Of a stretch of DNA of 64,000 nt, positions 9,253 to 18,728 are shown in pieces. The position numbers were made by a program, and so were the translations under genes. A model generated the notes under the pieces. The model had not been told where the DNA came from. It did no database searches and saw only the letters and a list, made by a program, of their open reading frames with translations. Where the stretch lies: IMG/VR virus record IMGVR_UViG_3300025466_000016. One strand, written 5' to 3'. Origin of the DNA: an uncultured virus (IMG/VR IMGVR_UViG_3300025466_000016). Its lineage: Duplodnaviria > Heunggongvirae > Uroviricota > Caudoviricetes. How positions within the stretch are numbered: the first letter of the stretch is position 1; each line of letters starts with the position of its first letter.

Positions 9253-10450
9253 GTATAATTTAGCCCAGCATTACGAAAATATATATACCTTCTTAAAAAC
9301 TATTATAACAGATCCGAGGGTTGCTTATCTACATCCTTTTGGATCAACTCAACCAGAAAACGTAGAAATAATTCGGGACGATGCGTTTGAAGTCGGTCCA
9401 CACGATCCTACTAGAGCACAACGCGGACCGTTATTCATATTCTACGACCAAGAACCACTTAACTACGTTTACAATCGAGATCTATTTCAATACATCAAAG
9501 ACAATACTCAAGGTCCGTATGTATTAGTTAATACCGAACATACTAGCGCCGAAAAAGATCGTATATGCGACGAATTTGCGTTTGCACATCTTGACTATTT
9601 CTTTCACATCTTTGCTGCCGCTGATTGGTATCGTGGCCACGAATACATTCCTAATTTAGTTGAACCCGGTCAGCGTCAATTAAAGAAAACCTATATTACA
9701 TTTAATCGACTTACTAGTGGCGAACGTATATACCGTAGTTTGTTTATTAACGAATTATATAAAGCCAATCTACTAGACTCTGGATATGTTAGTTACAGCA
9801 AAACATGTCCGGGTGGTGGCTCATACGACAAAAATCTACGTGCCGGTATTGCCAATCAACGCATTAGTCCTGTGTTAGTAAAAGAGGCTATTACTAATAT
9901 TAGTCAATTGCCCGAGCTACGTATAGACTTTAAGGACCAGGATTATATTCCTAATTCAAGCATGGTACTTAATCCTATTCCCGAGCTTATGGAAAGTTTT
10001 ATCTTTGTTGTTACAGAAACCTGCTACTGGCAACAAAAAACACACCTAACAGAAAAAATATTTAAACCTATTGTATTACGTATGCCGTTTCTCTTAGTAG
10101 GTTGCCCAAACAATCTTGAATACTTGCGTAGTTACGGATTTAAAACATTTGGTGATTATTGGGATGAGAGCTATGATTCAGAACTAGATCCTATTCGCCG
10201 TATGCAAATGGTAACACAGATACTCAAAGATATTAACAAATTACCAGTTAACGAACAACAAGATATGTTACGCAGTATGTCACATATACTAGAACATAAT
10301 TATAACTTGTTTAATGATCCTAAATTTGTCATGCAAGAATGGAATCATTTAAAACAAGAATTAATCAACATGTCTAAACTATACGAATTCAAACCACCGT
10401 TTACTTATGATATGCGTTTGGGACAAGCTATCCCTATCGACCCCACGTAA
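9251..10450 (+). CDS. putative glycosyltransferase, GT10/fucosyltransferase-like 'TEK' family
   Basis: FVVTET...HLTEKIFKPI...PF...G...YLRSYGFKTF...WDESYD; paralog of 16580-17524. Confidence 0.6.
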   Translation: MYNLAQHYENIYTFLKTIITDPRVAYLHPFGSTQPENVEIIRDDAFEVGPHDPTRAQRGPLFIFYDQEPLNYVYNRDLFQYIKDNTQGPYVLVNTEHTSAEKDRICDEFAFAHLDYFFHIFAAADWYRGHEYIPNLVEPGQRQLKKTYITFNRLTSGERIYRSLFINELYKANLLDSGYVSYSKTCPGGGSYDKNLRAGIANQRISPVLVKEAITNISQLPELRIDFKDQDYIPNSSMVLNPIPELMESFIFVVTETCYWQQKTHLTEKIFKPIVLRMPFLLVGCPNNLEYLRSYGFKTFGDYWDESYDSELDPIRRMQMVTQILKDINKLPVNEQQDMLRSMSHILEHNYNLFNDPKFVMQEWNHLKQELINMSKLYEFKPPFTYDMRLGQAIPIDPT

Positions 10451-11051
10451 TACGAGTCCATGCACGTTCATGCAAGTAGTACAAGAACATTTTAGTAAAC
10501 ACTTCTACTCCACCAATTGCAACTGCTAGTTTAATTTGTCCAGTAATAATCCAACTTAAAATAAATGTATCTAGCGTTCCAAGTGTGCGCCAACTGATTG
10601 CCTTAACAATGCTACGCAAATTACTGTCGCTTGGCAGTTTAATTAAGTCTGCGGCAATAGCTTTAACCCATTTATCAGACCAATCAGTTACATGGTATGT
10701 AGCATCGGTAGGTTTAACAAACATCTTGTTTGTATCAGCAAAACGACCGGCTTCAATTGTATCCATCCAAATAACAATGTCTGCCGCAAATATATTGCGT
10801 AATTCATCTGTGGGACATACAAAATCACAAATAGCATAATCACTACCAGAGTTATCTGCTAGTTCACGCATACGTTCTACTTGACGTGTACGACCTTCTG
10901 GACTAAAATCCCAATCGTTAAACTGTTCACGTACTGTGTCCGCATTGAACCATGCGACTGTATGCTTTAACATTAACTTCTTAACTAGCTCTTGGCTAAG
11001 GGTAGTTTTACCAGAGCCCGGTAGTCCCATTACTAATATGCGTTTTGTCAT
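10434..11051 (-). CDS. adenylylsulfate-kinase-like P-loop kinase fused to a DUF2061-like membrane domain
   Basis: GLPGSGKTT, NADTVR, DFSPEGRTRQ, DFVCP. C-terminal RSIVKAISWRTLGTLDTFILSWIITG...YYLHERAW. Confidence 0.75.
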   Translation of the reverse strand: MTKRILVMGLPGSGKTTLSQELVKKLMLKHTVAWFNADTVREQFNDWDFSPEGRTRQVERMRELADNSGSDYAICDFVCPTDELRNIFAADIVIWMDTIEAGRFADTNKMFVKPTDATYHVTDWSDKWVKAIAADLIKLPSDSNLRSIVKAISWRTLGTLDTFILSWIITGQIKLAVAIGGVEVFTKMFLYYLHERAWTRITWGR

Positions 11052-11407
11052 TTGAGTCCCATTGACTTTCTAATGTCGGTTGCTGAGATTGCGTGGGTGT
11101 CCTCGTCGAAGACTTCGTTTTCAATTTTATAACCAACATTACGACCATAAGTGATATTTGTAATGTTAGGAACGAATAAAATGCAATACTGTCCATCATA
11201 CTTCTCCTTTAAGTCTGCGTGTATAAAGTTTTCTACTTCTTCCTTTTTAAAAGGATTACTGTCATTCCAACCTTCGCAGTCGCGAATCATAATACATACT
11301 TGCCCTGTTTTAGCAACGGCACGTTCAAATAGTGCGCGATGACCTGCATGCCATGGTTGCCATCTCCCAAGTAGCATAGTAGTCGGTGCCTTCCAATCAA
11401 ATGTCAT
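11048..11407 (-). CDS. minimal HIGH-motif nucleotidyltransferase (cytidylyltransferase/ATP-sulfurylase-like)
   Basis: GRWQPWHAGH (HxGH) and ISATDIR (KMSKS-equivalent) motifs. Confidence 0.8.
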   Translation of the reverse strand: MTFDWKAPTTMLLGRWQPWHAGHRALFERAVAKTGQVCIMIRDCEGWNDSNPFKKEEVENFIHADLKEKYDGQYCILFVPNITNITYGRNVGYKIENEVFDEDTHAISATDIRKSMGLK

Positions 11408-12885
11408 GAATGTACCTTTACGTTATAGAATTTTTCAAAGCGATCTGCGTCTGCACGATCATTGACCATGGGTTCGCCTTTGATGTTAAGACTTGTGTTT
11501 AACAGCATAGGACAGCCTGTTACTACATACCATTTTTCTAGTAGTTCGCGGATGCCCGAACCATCTTGTGGTACTGTCTGTATACGACTAGTCCCGTCAT
11601 GATGAACGATAGCAGGAAATAAGTCAGGATGCCTACAATGACCGATGACTTGCATATACCTAGTATCAACGAAACCACTAGGCATAACAAAATACTCGTC
11701 AACATGCTCCTCCAGAATGACTGGCGCAAATGGTCTGAATTCTTGACGGCGTTTAATTGCATTTACTTGATCCTTTATGTTGGGTCCGCGAGGGTCGGCG
11801 AGGAGACTTCTATTTCCAAGGGCTCTTGGTCCAAACTCGGCTCTTCCGGAAGCAACTCCAGTGATTTTATCTGTGAGTAAACTATCAAGGACGGCATTGA
11901 CAGGATAGTCGCCGCTGATGTTTGTACCAAGGAATGCGTTTTTGAACTCAACTGGACCGCCGTAGGCAAGTGCGGCTGCTCCAAGGCTACTACCAGCATC
12001 GCCAGGATTAGGCATAATCCAAATCTTTTCAAAATATTCACCGAGGTTTCTATTAGCTAAACAGTTTAGGGCAACACCGCCCATGTAACACAAATTAGTG
12101 CTCCACCCAAAGTCTTTTGCGCGGCGCATAACATTATATATCAAATTTTCGCATAAAGCCTGTGCAGAACTGGCTACATCTACAGCATCATAGTGCGGTC
12201 TCCAATTTTGGTTTAATCCAGCATGTAGATTTTCTTTAAATGTAATTTCATTTTCGTCTGCAATTAATTGCATTTTCATTAAGGTACTAGCTTGCCGACT
12301 TCCGTATGCAGCCATGCCCATAGTAATGTATTCATCTTCCATTGGCTTTAATCCAATTTCTTCAGTCATTGCTGTATAGAATAAGCCAATACTATGTGGA
12401 TACTTTTGACCCCATAGTCGATGATATTCAGCCCGCCCGTCAACATAATGAGCACCCCAAATACTTATAGTGTCCCATTCCCCAATAGCATCAATTACAA
12501 CTACTGTGGCTTTTGTAAAAGGACTAGTTTGAAAACCAGCAGCCGCATGCGATAAATGATGATTATGTGTTGTGACAGGAACTTCACTAAAGTATCCGCC
12601 TAGCTGTTGGCGCAATACCTGTCGAGTAGTTAACTTAGACCATTCTATTCCCTGTCCCGAATATAATTGACGTAACTGTTTCTTCCATGGTGTTTCGTAG
12701 TAGGCAATGTGATCAATGTGGCGTCCACGTGCTAATTCCCAGAACATGTCTTCATGTAAATTGGCGTCATTCTTAATTTTGCTGTAACGCTCTGCGTGTC
12801 CAGCATATAAGATCTCACCGTTGTTGATTACTGTAGCGGCGGCATCATGGAAGCCAGCCGAGATTCCTAATATATTTTTCAACAT
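11404..12885 (-). CDS. O-carbamoyltransferase (NodU/CmcH/TobZ family)
   Basis: HDAAA..AERYSK, HHLSHAA, MGMAAYG, GGVALNC, PGDAGSSLGAA, EFGPRALGNRSLLADP, FRPFAP, LNTSLN..GEP. Confidence 0.95.
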   Translation of the reverse strand: MLKNILGISAGFHDAAATVINNGEILYAGHAERYSKIKNDANLHEDMFWELARGRHIDHIAYYETPWKKQLRQLYSGQGIEWSKLTTRQVLRQQLGGYFSEVPVTTHNHHLSHAAAGFQTSPFTKATVVVIDAIGEWDTISIWGAHYVDGRAEYHRLWGQKYPHSIGLFYTAMTEEIGLKPMEDEYITMGMAAYGSRQASTLMKMQLIADENEITFKENLHAGLNQNWRPHYDAVDVASSAQALCENLIYNVMRRAKDFGWSTNLCYMGGVALNCLANRNLGEYFEKIWIMPNPGDAGSSLGAAALAYGGPVEFKNAFLGTNISGDYPVNAVLDSLLTDKITGVASGRAEFGPRALGNRSLLADPRGPNIKDQVNAIKRRQEFRPFAPVILEEHVDEYFVMPSGFVDTRYMQVIGHCRHPDLFPAIVHHDGTSRIQTVPQDGSGIRELLEKWYVVTGCPMLLNTSLNIKGEPMVNDRADADRFEKFYNVKVHS

Positions 12886-13384
12886 GTTCTGCTATTCTTA
12901 TTTGTCCAAGTTCTAAAGGATGTCCGCCTGGACCTTTGGGACAATCTCCCATCCATTCTACTATACTACCCGGCATCCAATCTCCCGCCGTGGTATCAGG
13001 TACATCAAATGTCCTAATAAAAACATAAGGTATGTTTTTACTTTTTATATAGGCATCTAATAACAACACCTGTGTATGAAATTTTGCATTGGCCCACTGC
13101 TCATTCCAATCTAAAAATACATGATCGCATATTGATCCATATTTTCTATGACTGTGCGGCGTTAGGTGCTGTCCGTTTAATTCTATTCTATTTGGTGTAG
13201 TCCACGCAACAATAACATACTCAACTGATAATAAGCACGATTCAATTGAATTTACTGTTGTTCTAACAATAGCATCATTGCTGTATCCAGATTCTGCCAT
13301 GTTTACTGTCCCGGATATTAAATTAGGCCAAGCTATAGAACTTTCTTCGCCGTAGGTAAAACTATCACCGTTAACTAATATCAT
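12845..13384 (-). CDS. SGNH-fold protein (putative acyltransferase/esterase)
   Basis: NGDSFTYG...SGYSN...HPLELGQ. Confidence 0.75.
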   Translation of the reverse strand: MILVNGDSFTYGEESSIAWPNLISGTVNMAESGYSNDAIVRTTVNSIESCLLSVEYVIVAWTTPNRIELNGQHLTPHSHRKYGSICDHVFLDWNEQWANAKFHTQVLLLDAYIKSKNIPYVFIRTFDVPDTTAGDWMPGSIVEWMGDCPKGPGGHPLELGQIRIAEHVEKYIRNLGWLP

Positions 13385-13482
13385 TTGTAGATAAACGGAT
13401 CTCTTTTACGCAATTCTTTTAGCTTTTTGCGATAGCGATACTCTAGTACAATTCTATTGTACCAATTTTTTAACCATTTCAT
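13381..13482 (-). CDS. 33-aa basic peptide MKWLKNWYNRIVLEYRYRKKLKELRKRDPFIYK (not in ORF track)
   Basis: Translated by hand. It fills the gap between two SGNH genes, and its TGA overlaps the next ATG (ATGA). Confidence 0.75.
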   Translation of the reverse strand: MKWLKNWYNRIVLEYRYRKKLKELRKRDPFIYK

Positions 13483-14263
13483 TGAATTGTCCTTGAATTA
13501 ATTCGGCAGCATCTGCGTGTGCTGCTTCTAGTGGATGTGTTGTTCCTATAGGGTATTTATTCTCTAGTGCCCACTGGTAAAAACCTCTTGGTGTTGTAGT
13601 TTCCCACGGCTGTGTACCTGCGGGAAATTTGAATACGTGAAAGTGATTTATTTGCCCATATAAACTTGCAATACTTTGTTCGGGGTTTCTCAATTGGTGG
13701 TTGTAAAAAATAACACTATCCGAAAAAGCAAAGATATAAGGTATATCCTTTACTAGGAGGTAGTTTTGCAAATACACAATGCTCTTTAGCGTATTGTACG
13801 TTTCCCAATATTCTGTTGATCCTACCTTTTTAAAATATTCAGTAGCAAAATCTTGTACTCCAGAATTCTTAGCACGGTTGATATGTGCTAAATGGCTTTT
13901 TAATATTGCTGGATCTTTAGTATGAAATTCTCGTTCTACTTCGTTGGGATCTTTAACGTGCCAGGCACCAATTGTGTACCACGGGCTACGTTGGCCAGTT
14001 GGGAAATCAAAGTAAAATTCATAACGATTAGGGAATGTCCATTGCACAATAACAGCCTTAGGTCCTGGATTTGTTTCGCAGGCATTAATAGTGTTACGTG
14101 CTATTGCTTCGTTGCCTACACCAGCTACAGCCACATTAAGACATTCATGTCCTGCTGATTCAGCTAACAGCACTGGCCAAGTTGAATGACTAGGGGATTC
14201 ACCCTTGGGGCAATCGTGAAGTTCATTACCAAATATAAAACTATCGCCGGCTACTATAATCAT
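13454..14263 (-). CDS. SGNH-fold protein
   Basis: AGDSFIFG...AGVGNEAI...HPLEAAH. Confidence 0.75.
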   Translation of the reverse strand: MIIVAGDSFIFGNELHDCPKGESPSHSTWPVLLAESAGHECLNVAVAGVGNEAIARNTINACETNPGPKAVIVQWTFPNRYEFYFDFPTGQRSPWYTIGAWHVKDPNEVEREFHTKDPAILKSHLAHINRAKNSGVQDFATEYFKKVGSTEYWETYNTLKSIVYLQNYLLVKDIPYIFAFSDSVIFYNHQLRNPEQSIASLYGQINHFHVFKFPAGTQPWETTTPRGFYQWALENKYPIGTTHPLEAAHADAAELIQGQFNEMVKKLVQ

Positions 14264-15305
14264 ATCCAGGCCTCATCATGTCTATTTGTTGTTGTTGATA
14301 ATCTGCGTCGGACCAACAGCTATCAAATGTATTACTGACTCCATCTACTTCTATACTATAAATGTCTAAGTGATTTCCCAACATATCCCAAATTTCTTGA
14401 TAATCATCTGTGCCAAAACTTTTAACTAAGTCAACTTGCCCAATTGGCAAATAGCCAAGACTTAATTTAGGATCTGTATAATCCATGTTATTTTTGCGTA
14501 ACCAACTGCGAAATTCTTCTTGTTCAAGATTGTGCCAAACATGCCGTCCGGGATAGACTACATCGTTGCCCCACTCTATGTCAAACTCGCCTGAGTAGTA
14601 TTTTAACTCTGTAATAGCTTCGCATACTGTCTCAGTTAACTCAGGGGCGCCTTCGTCACGGAATACTTCATATAAGGTTTTACCTATTTGTGTCCAGTGC
14701 ATATACACACCACCAAATACACGATCGTAACCGTTTTCTAAAAACAATTCTCTATGCTCGTCAGTTAAGTCATATCTACGTGCATTTAAGAATGTAGTAA
14801 TTTGACTAGGACGTACCCAATATGGATCTGTGGCTAATTTGCGCTGACTTAAGATTAGGTTTTCCATTTCGTGACAGATATTGTTTAACTGGCGAATGGC
14901 ATACTTTGTGTCGTAGTCGGCACGTTTGTACCAATCACTTAATCCCCATACAGTACCTTGTAGTATTTCAAAGTGATTATGTAGTTTGTTTAGAACATCA
15001 TGGTTAGGGTCTAAACCTGTACGTACTGTTGCGGGTGTATAAGATTCTGTAATTTTATAATCAGGAAAGAATGTGTTAATAGTTCTTACATGTGTGTTTA
15101 ACTGATCGCACAGGTATTCAATAGTACGTGCTGTATGCGGGAAGCCCATAAAGCAAAAATTCTTTTCTAATAAATTACCAGATTCTAATAGTCCCCGAAG
15201 AGCTACAAGCCAGTCACGTGCTAATTGGTTATCGGCTGGCACTATTTCATAAGTGAGCTGATCCGAAAAATCTAACGGATTGCGTAGTGTTACTTTAACT
15301 GTCAA
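14241..15305 (-). CDS. hypothetical protein (354 aa), possible metal-binding enzyme
   Basis: Overlaps both neighbours; His/Glu motifs LNKLHNHFE and LNNICHEME. Confidence 0.7.
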   Translation of the reverse strand: MTVKVTLRNPLDFSDQLTYEIVPADNQLARDWLVALRGLLESGNLLEKNFCFMGFPHTARTIEYLCDQLNTHVRTINTFFPDYKITESYTPATVRTGLDPNHDVLNKLHNHFEILQGTVWGLSDWYKRADYDTKYAIRQLNNICHEMENLILSQRKLATDPYWVRPSQITTFLNARRYDLTDEHRELFLENGYDRVFGGVYMHWTQIGKTLYEVFRDEGAPELTETVCEAITELKYYSGEFDIEWGNDVVYPGRHVWHNLEQEEFRSWLRKNNMDYTDPKLSLGYLPIGQVDLVKSFGTDDYQEIWDMLGNHLDIYSIEVDGVSNTFDSCWSDADYQQQQIDMMRPGYDYSSRR

Positions 15306-16587
15306 TTGAATTCCACCATTTAAGTACTTCTGGTCTTTCGGCCAGAATGTCTTTCATAGTATACACGTCTTTACGTATAAACTCAAGTTTTTTAATACGT
15401 TGTATGCCACGTATTAACCCATCTTGATATTCTGTAGGCCATTGTTCAGCAAAGGTAGGGCGTGTTTTGAGTTGTACCAAAATGTCTTGTAGTGCGCCAG
15501 AAACTGTGGGTATAATTTCATCTAACCAAGGATGTAATAACTCGCGTGGCAGAGCCAACGGACTCATAACTATATCTGGACTGAAACTAAAAACTACTTT
15601 GGCTAATACGTCTACGCCTAGTTCTTTGGCGAGCGCCGATATCTTTTGTACTTCAAAGAGTCCTGGTGTAGTAAGAGTGAAGTCCATACGGACTTGGCGG
15701 CGGTGACGTTGGATCTCAACTCCCCGGCGGAAGTTCTCAAGCCACGAACTAAAATCAAGACCTGATCTAATATACTCTCCAATTCGGCCCGTGCCATCGA
15801 TGCTTGCGCAGATTTGCCAGTCGCGTAACCCAGATAAAATGTCACTATAGAGATTAGTGCCACTATAATCGATGCGACTAAGATTAGTGTTATATCTAGC
15901 GTAAACATTTGGTCCATCCCCTAGCTCTATTATTCTTTTCATATACCGCCAATGCTGTTCGTACATCAGCGGCTCACCTCCCACCCAATACACCTCTTCC
16001 ACTCGGTGCTCCTCAACAGCCTGAGCAAACTCTTGCTCGACCTGGGTGTCTTGAAACTTTGTAATTTGTTCTTTGACTTCGGGGCGCATCCAATTGTTCT
16101 TTGGATTGGTATAGTCAATCATATTGTGTTGACGTTGTTCGCTTTCCCACGAACTCGACAACATGTCGCCGCACATACGACATTTGAAATTACACAAATT
16201 ACTAAAACGGTAATCCCACGATACTGGCTTTACTGTTGTAAAACCTGTGGCATCTGTATTTGCCATTGCGTCTAAGTACTTATGCCCAAACAGCTGATTA
16301 AAATAACTACGGTAAACGTCTGTGTTTAATAATTTACTATTGCAGACTTCGCACTCAGGTAGTTCTTCTCCGGCCATCATGCGACGGCGAACACTTCGCA
16401 TGTGTTCACTATTCCAATGTTCATCTAAGGTAACGGGAATGTACTTGCCTGTACCTGAACTAGTATCAATATACTGTTCAAAGTTCTGCGCTGGCTCACG
16501 GCTAGCACAGCACATACGTCGTTCTGTCTGTGGACTTAGGTACGTATGTACCCAAGGTGCCATACATAGTGTTGCTGGTTTATCCAT
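15295..16587 (-). CDS. radical SAM enzyme with N-terminal SPASM/Twitch-like domain (rSAM1)
   Basis: CNFKCRMC, VGGEP, YNTN; N-terminal CMAPW..MCC..ECEVC. Confidence 0.92.
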   Translation of the reverse strand: MDKPATLCMAPWVHTYLSPQTERRMCCASREPAQNFEQYIDTSSGTGKYIPVTLDEHWNSEHMRSVRRRMMAGEELPECEVCNSKLLNTDVYRSYFNQLFGHKYLDAMANTDATGFTTVKPVSWDYRFSNLCNFKCRMCGDMLSSSWESEQRQHNMIDYTNPKNNWMRPEVKEQITKFQDTQVEQEFAQAVEEHRVEEVYWVGGEPLMYEQHWRYMKRIIELGDGPNVYARYNTNLSRIDYSGTNLYSDILSGLRDWQICASIDGTGRIGEYIRSGLDFSSWLENFRRGVEIQRHRRQVRMDFTLTTPGLFEVQKISALAKELGVDVLAKVVFSFSPDIVMSPLALPRELLHPWLDEIIPTVSGALQDILVQLKTRPTFAEQWPTEYQDGLIRGIQRIKKLEFIRKDVYTMKDILAERPEVLKWWNSIDS

Positions 16588-17524
16588 TTACAAATTCCAA
16601 AATTGGGTTAATAATTGCGTGTTTAAATGATTGTTCTAATTTTACATTATCAAAGAACAAATTATAATTATGTTTGATTTTTTCCAAGGTCAATTGATCG
16701 TATCCGTGCAATGAATAGTTTTTTACTTGCTCGTAAATTAAATTTAATCTGTCAGGACTTTTATCATAGCTTTCGTCAAATAAATTATCATAAGTGACAA
16801 AGCCAGCAGATTGTAAAAATTCTAAGGTACCCGGCGATCCTAATACAATAAACGGATGTTGTAGTCCAATTGGCTTCATAGTTTTTTCTGTAACAAATAC
16901 TCCGTTGGTATTCATTTGCGATTCAACTACTAGACTAAATTCAGTACGATTATACCAGTCAGCATTAATATATCGATCCCACCAATCGGCTTCAAAATTG
17001 TCACCTTCAACCAGTATATCTCGTCCTGCGTAACTGTACATACCTTGCTCTAAAATATCTGTAAACTTATTGTATATGTCATCCCTAAATGGTTTGACCA
17101 TATTCATCATTAACAAAAACTTTTTATCAGCGTTAGGTAATCGGTCTATAGATTCGTAGTTGCCAAATCGTCGTTCATGATACCAAAAATACAAAGGTAC
17201 TTCTACAGTATTAACATTAGGATTGACGCTTTGATTGCATATCATGTGCAAAACATTAGGCTCTGTGTGTCTAGAACTAGTTTGCATTTCCTGCAGAGTT
17301 TCAAAAACAATTCGATATCCGTCGGCAATTAATCCGTCAATTAACATAGAATGTTGATTGTACTGATAGGCATTACATACAAATACCGTAGACTGTTTGT
17401 TGTAGGTCTTGTGCGTATCGTAGAACTCAAAATCAAATGTTTGACTAATCATGCTACGGTATTCCAGTAACGTTAATTCTGTATATACGTTGTGATCCCA
17501 AAATCCTACAAGTTTAATCTTCAT
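16580..17524 (-). CDS. putative glycosyltransferase, 'TEK' family
   Basis: LVVES...FVTEKTMKPI...HPFIVLG...GFVTY...FDESYD. Confidence 0.6.
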   Translation of the reverse strand: MKIKLVGFWDHNVYTELTLLEYRSMISQTFDFEFYDTHKTYNKQSTVFVCNAYQYNQHSMLIDGLIADGYRIVFETLQEMQTSSRHTEPNVLHMICNQSVNPNVNTVEVPLYFWYHERRFGNYESIDRLPNADKKFLLMMNMVKPFRDDIYNKFTDILEQGMYSYAGRDILVEGDNFEADWWDRYINADWYNRTEFSLVVESQMNTNGVFVTEKTMKPIGLQHPFIVLGSPGTLEFLQSAGFVTYDNLFDESYDKSPDRLNLIYEQVKNYSLHGYDQLTLEKIKHNYNLFFDNVKLEQSFKHAIINPILEFVNG

Positions 17525-18728
17525 AGCCCATTGCTCTAGCTATTTCTGGATGTGTAGTAGTAAACGACTGTCCGCGATATTCATCTGTACGTTTCATTTG
17601 ACGCATAAACTCTTTACCATCACTACCTTGCCCAAGCTCAATAAATTTAATTACATTATCAATTTCTTGTTGATACACATGACTTGTCCAGAATGTAGTT
17701 TTTAATTTGTCAAGAACTAACTCTCGAGCTGCTGGAGTCATGTATTGTATACTCATATGGTTAGGACTGTGTAACATATTAAAGTAAACACTACCCCACG
17801 GTTTAGTATCTGCCCAGGCTAATAGTTCGTCTAGGTAGTAGACATTTTGTATATTAATAGTAAAACATAACTGTGTAGTAATATTCTTTATGCTAGTTTC
17901 TCTAAGTGTGTGAGTAGCATCGATAATCTCGTTAGCACGGTCCCACTTAGCGCCGTAGCGTTCATATTCAAAACGATTGCCTACGTTATCAACACTAAAG
18001 GCAATATCAACACGACCAAAGTCTTTCCATAATAATACATCTTTAGGCCATTGTGTTCCGTTGGTATTGTAGTGTATATCTATATGACGACTATCACCAG
18101 TGGTTACAGCGTGTGCCAATAAGTCCCAATGTTCTTCAATCATCCACGGCTCACCGCCGGTAAATTCAAAATATTTGATATTAGGCAACAACTCACGCAT
18201 ATTGTCCCAGAACGTTTCTGTCTTGCGTGGCCATGCGCCTTGCTTTAACCAAGTGTAGGCTATATGTTGTTTCTTATCGGCGCCCTTAGGGAGATAGTTC
18301 ATTTCTTCTTCGGCCCACTTACTACTGGACCACGACCCGCATATACGACATTTAAGATTACAAATATTACCCAATTTCAAATCAACAAACCATAATTGGT
18401 CCGGATTATCATTGGCCCAGTCAACTTGATTATATAAGTTCTTTAATCTAACTTGACTATGTATACGTTTGCTGTCACGGCCAGCATCTTCTTCATCCCA
18501 ACAACGACGACATGTCTCGGGCTTTTCCCCTGCACGAAATTGACGACGTAAGTCTTGCATGTATTCACTTTTGTAAATAACTTCAAGATTAGTTTCGTTT
18601 AAGTCGTATTTTTTACCTGTAGGATCCGTAATTTCGTCGTGTGCTAAACAGCAAGGACGACTAGTACCCATTGGACTAGTTTCTATACTAATCCAAGGTA
18701 ACATACATATAGTCTTAGGTAGGTGCAT
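17514..18728 (-). CDS. radical SAM enzyme with N-terminal SPASM/Twitch-like domain (rSAM2)
   Basis: CNLKCRIC, TGGEP, YNTNGT; N-terminal CMLPW..PCC..CRRCW. Confidence 0.93.
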   Translation of the reverse strand: MHLPKTICMLPWISIETSPMGTSRPCCLAHDEITDPTGKKYDLNETNLEVIYKSEYMQDLRRQFRAGEKPETCRRCWDEEDAGRDSKRIHSQVRLKNLYNQVDWANDNPDQLWFVDLKLGNICNLKCRICGSWSSSKWAEEEMNYLPKGADKKQHIAYTWLKQGAWPRKTETFWDNMRELLPNIKYFEFTGGEPWMIEEHWDLLAHAVTTGDSRHIDIHYNTNGTQWPKDVLLWKDFGRVDIAFSVDNVGNRFEYERYGAKWDRANEIIDATHTLRETSIKNITTQLCFTINIQNVYYLDELLAWADTKPWGSVYFNMLHSPNHMSIQYMTPAARELVLDKLKTTFWTSHVYQQEIDNVIKFIELGQGSDGKEFMRQMKRTDEYRGQSFTTTHPEIARAMGYED

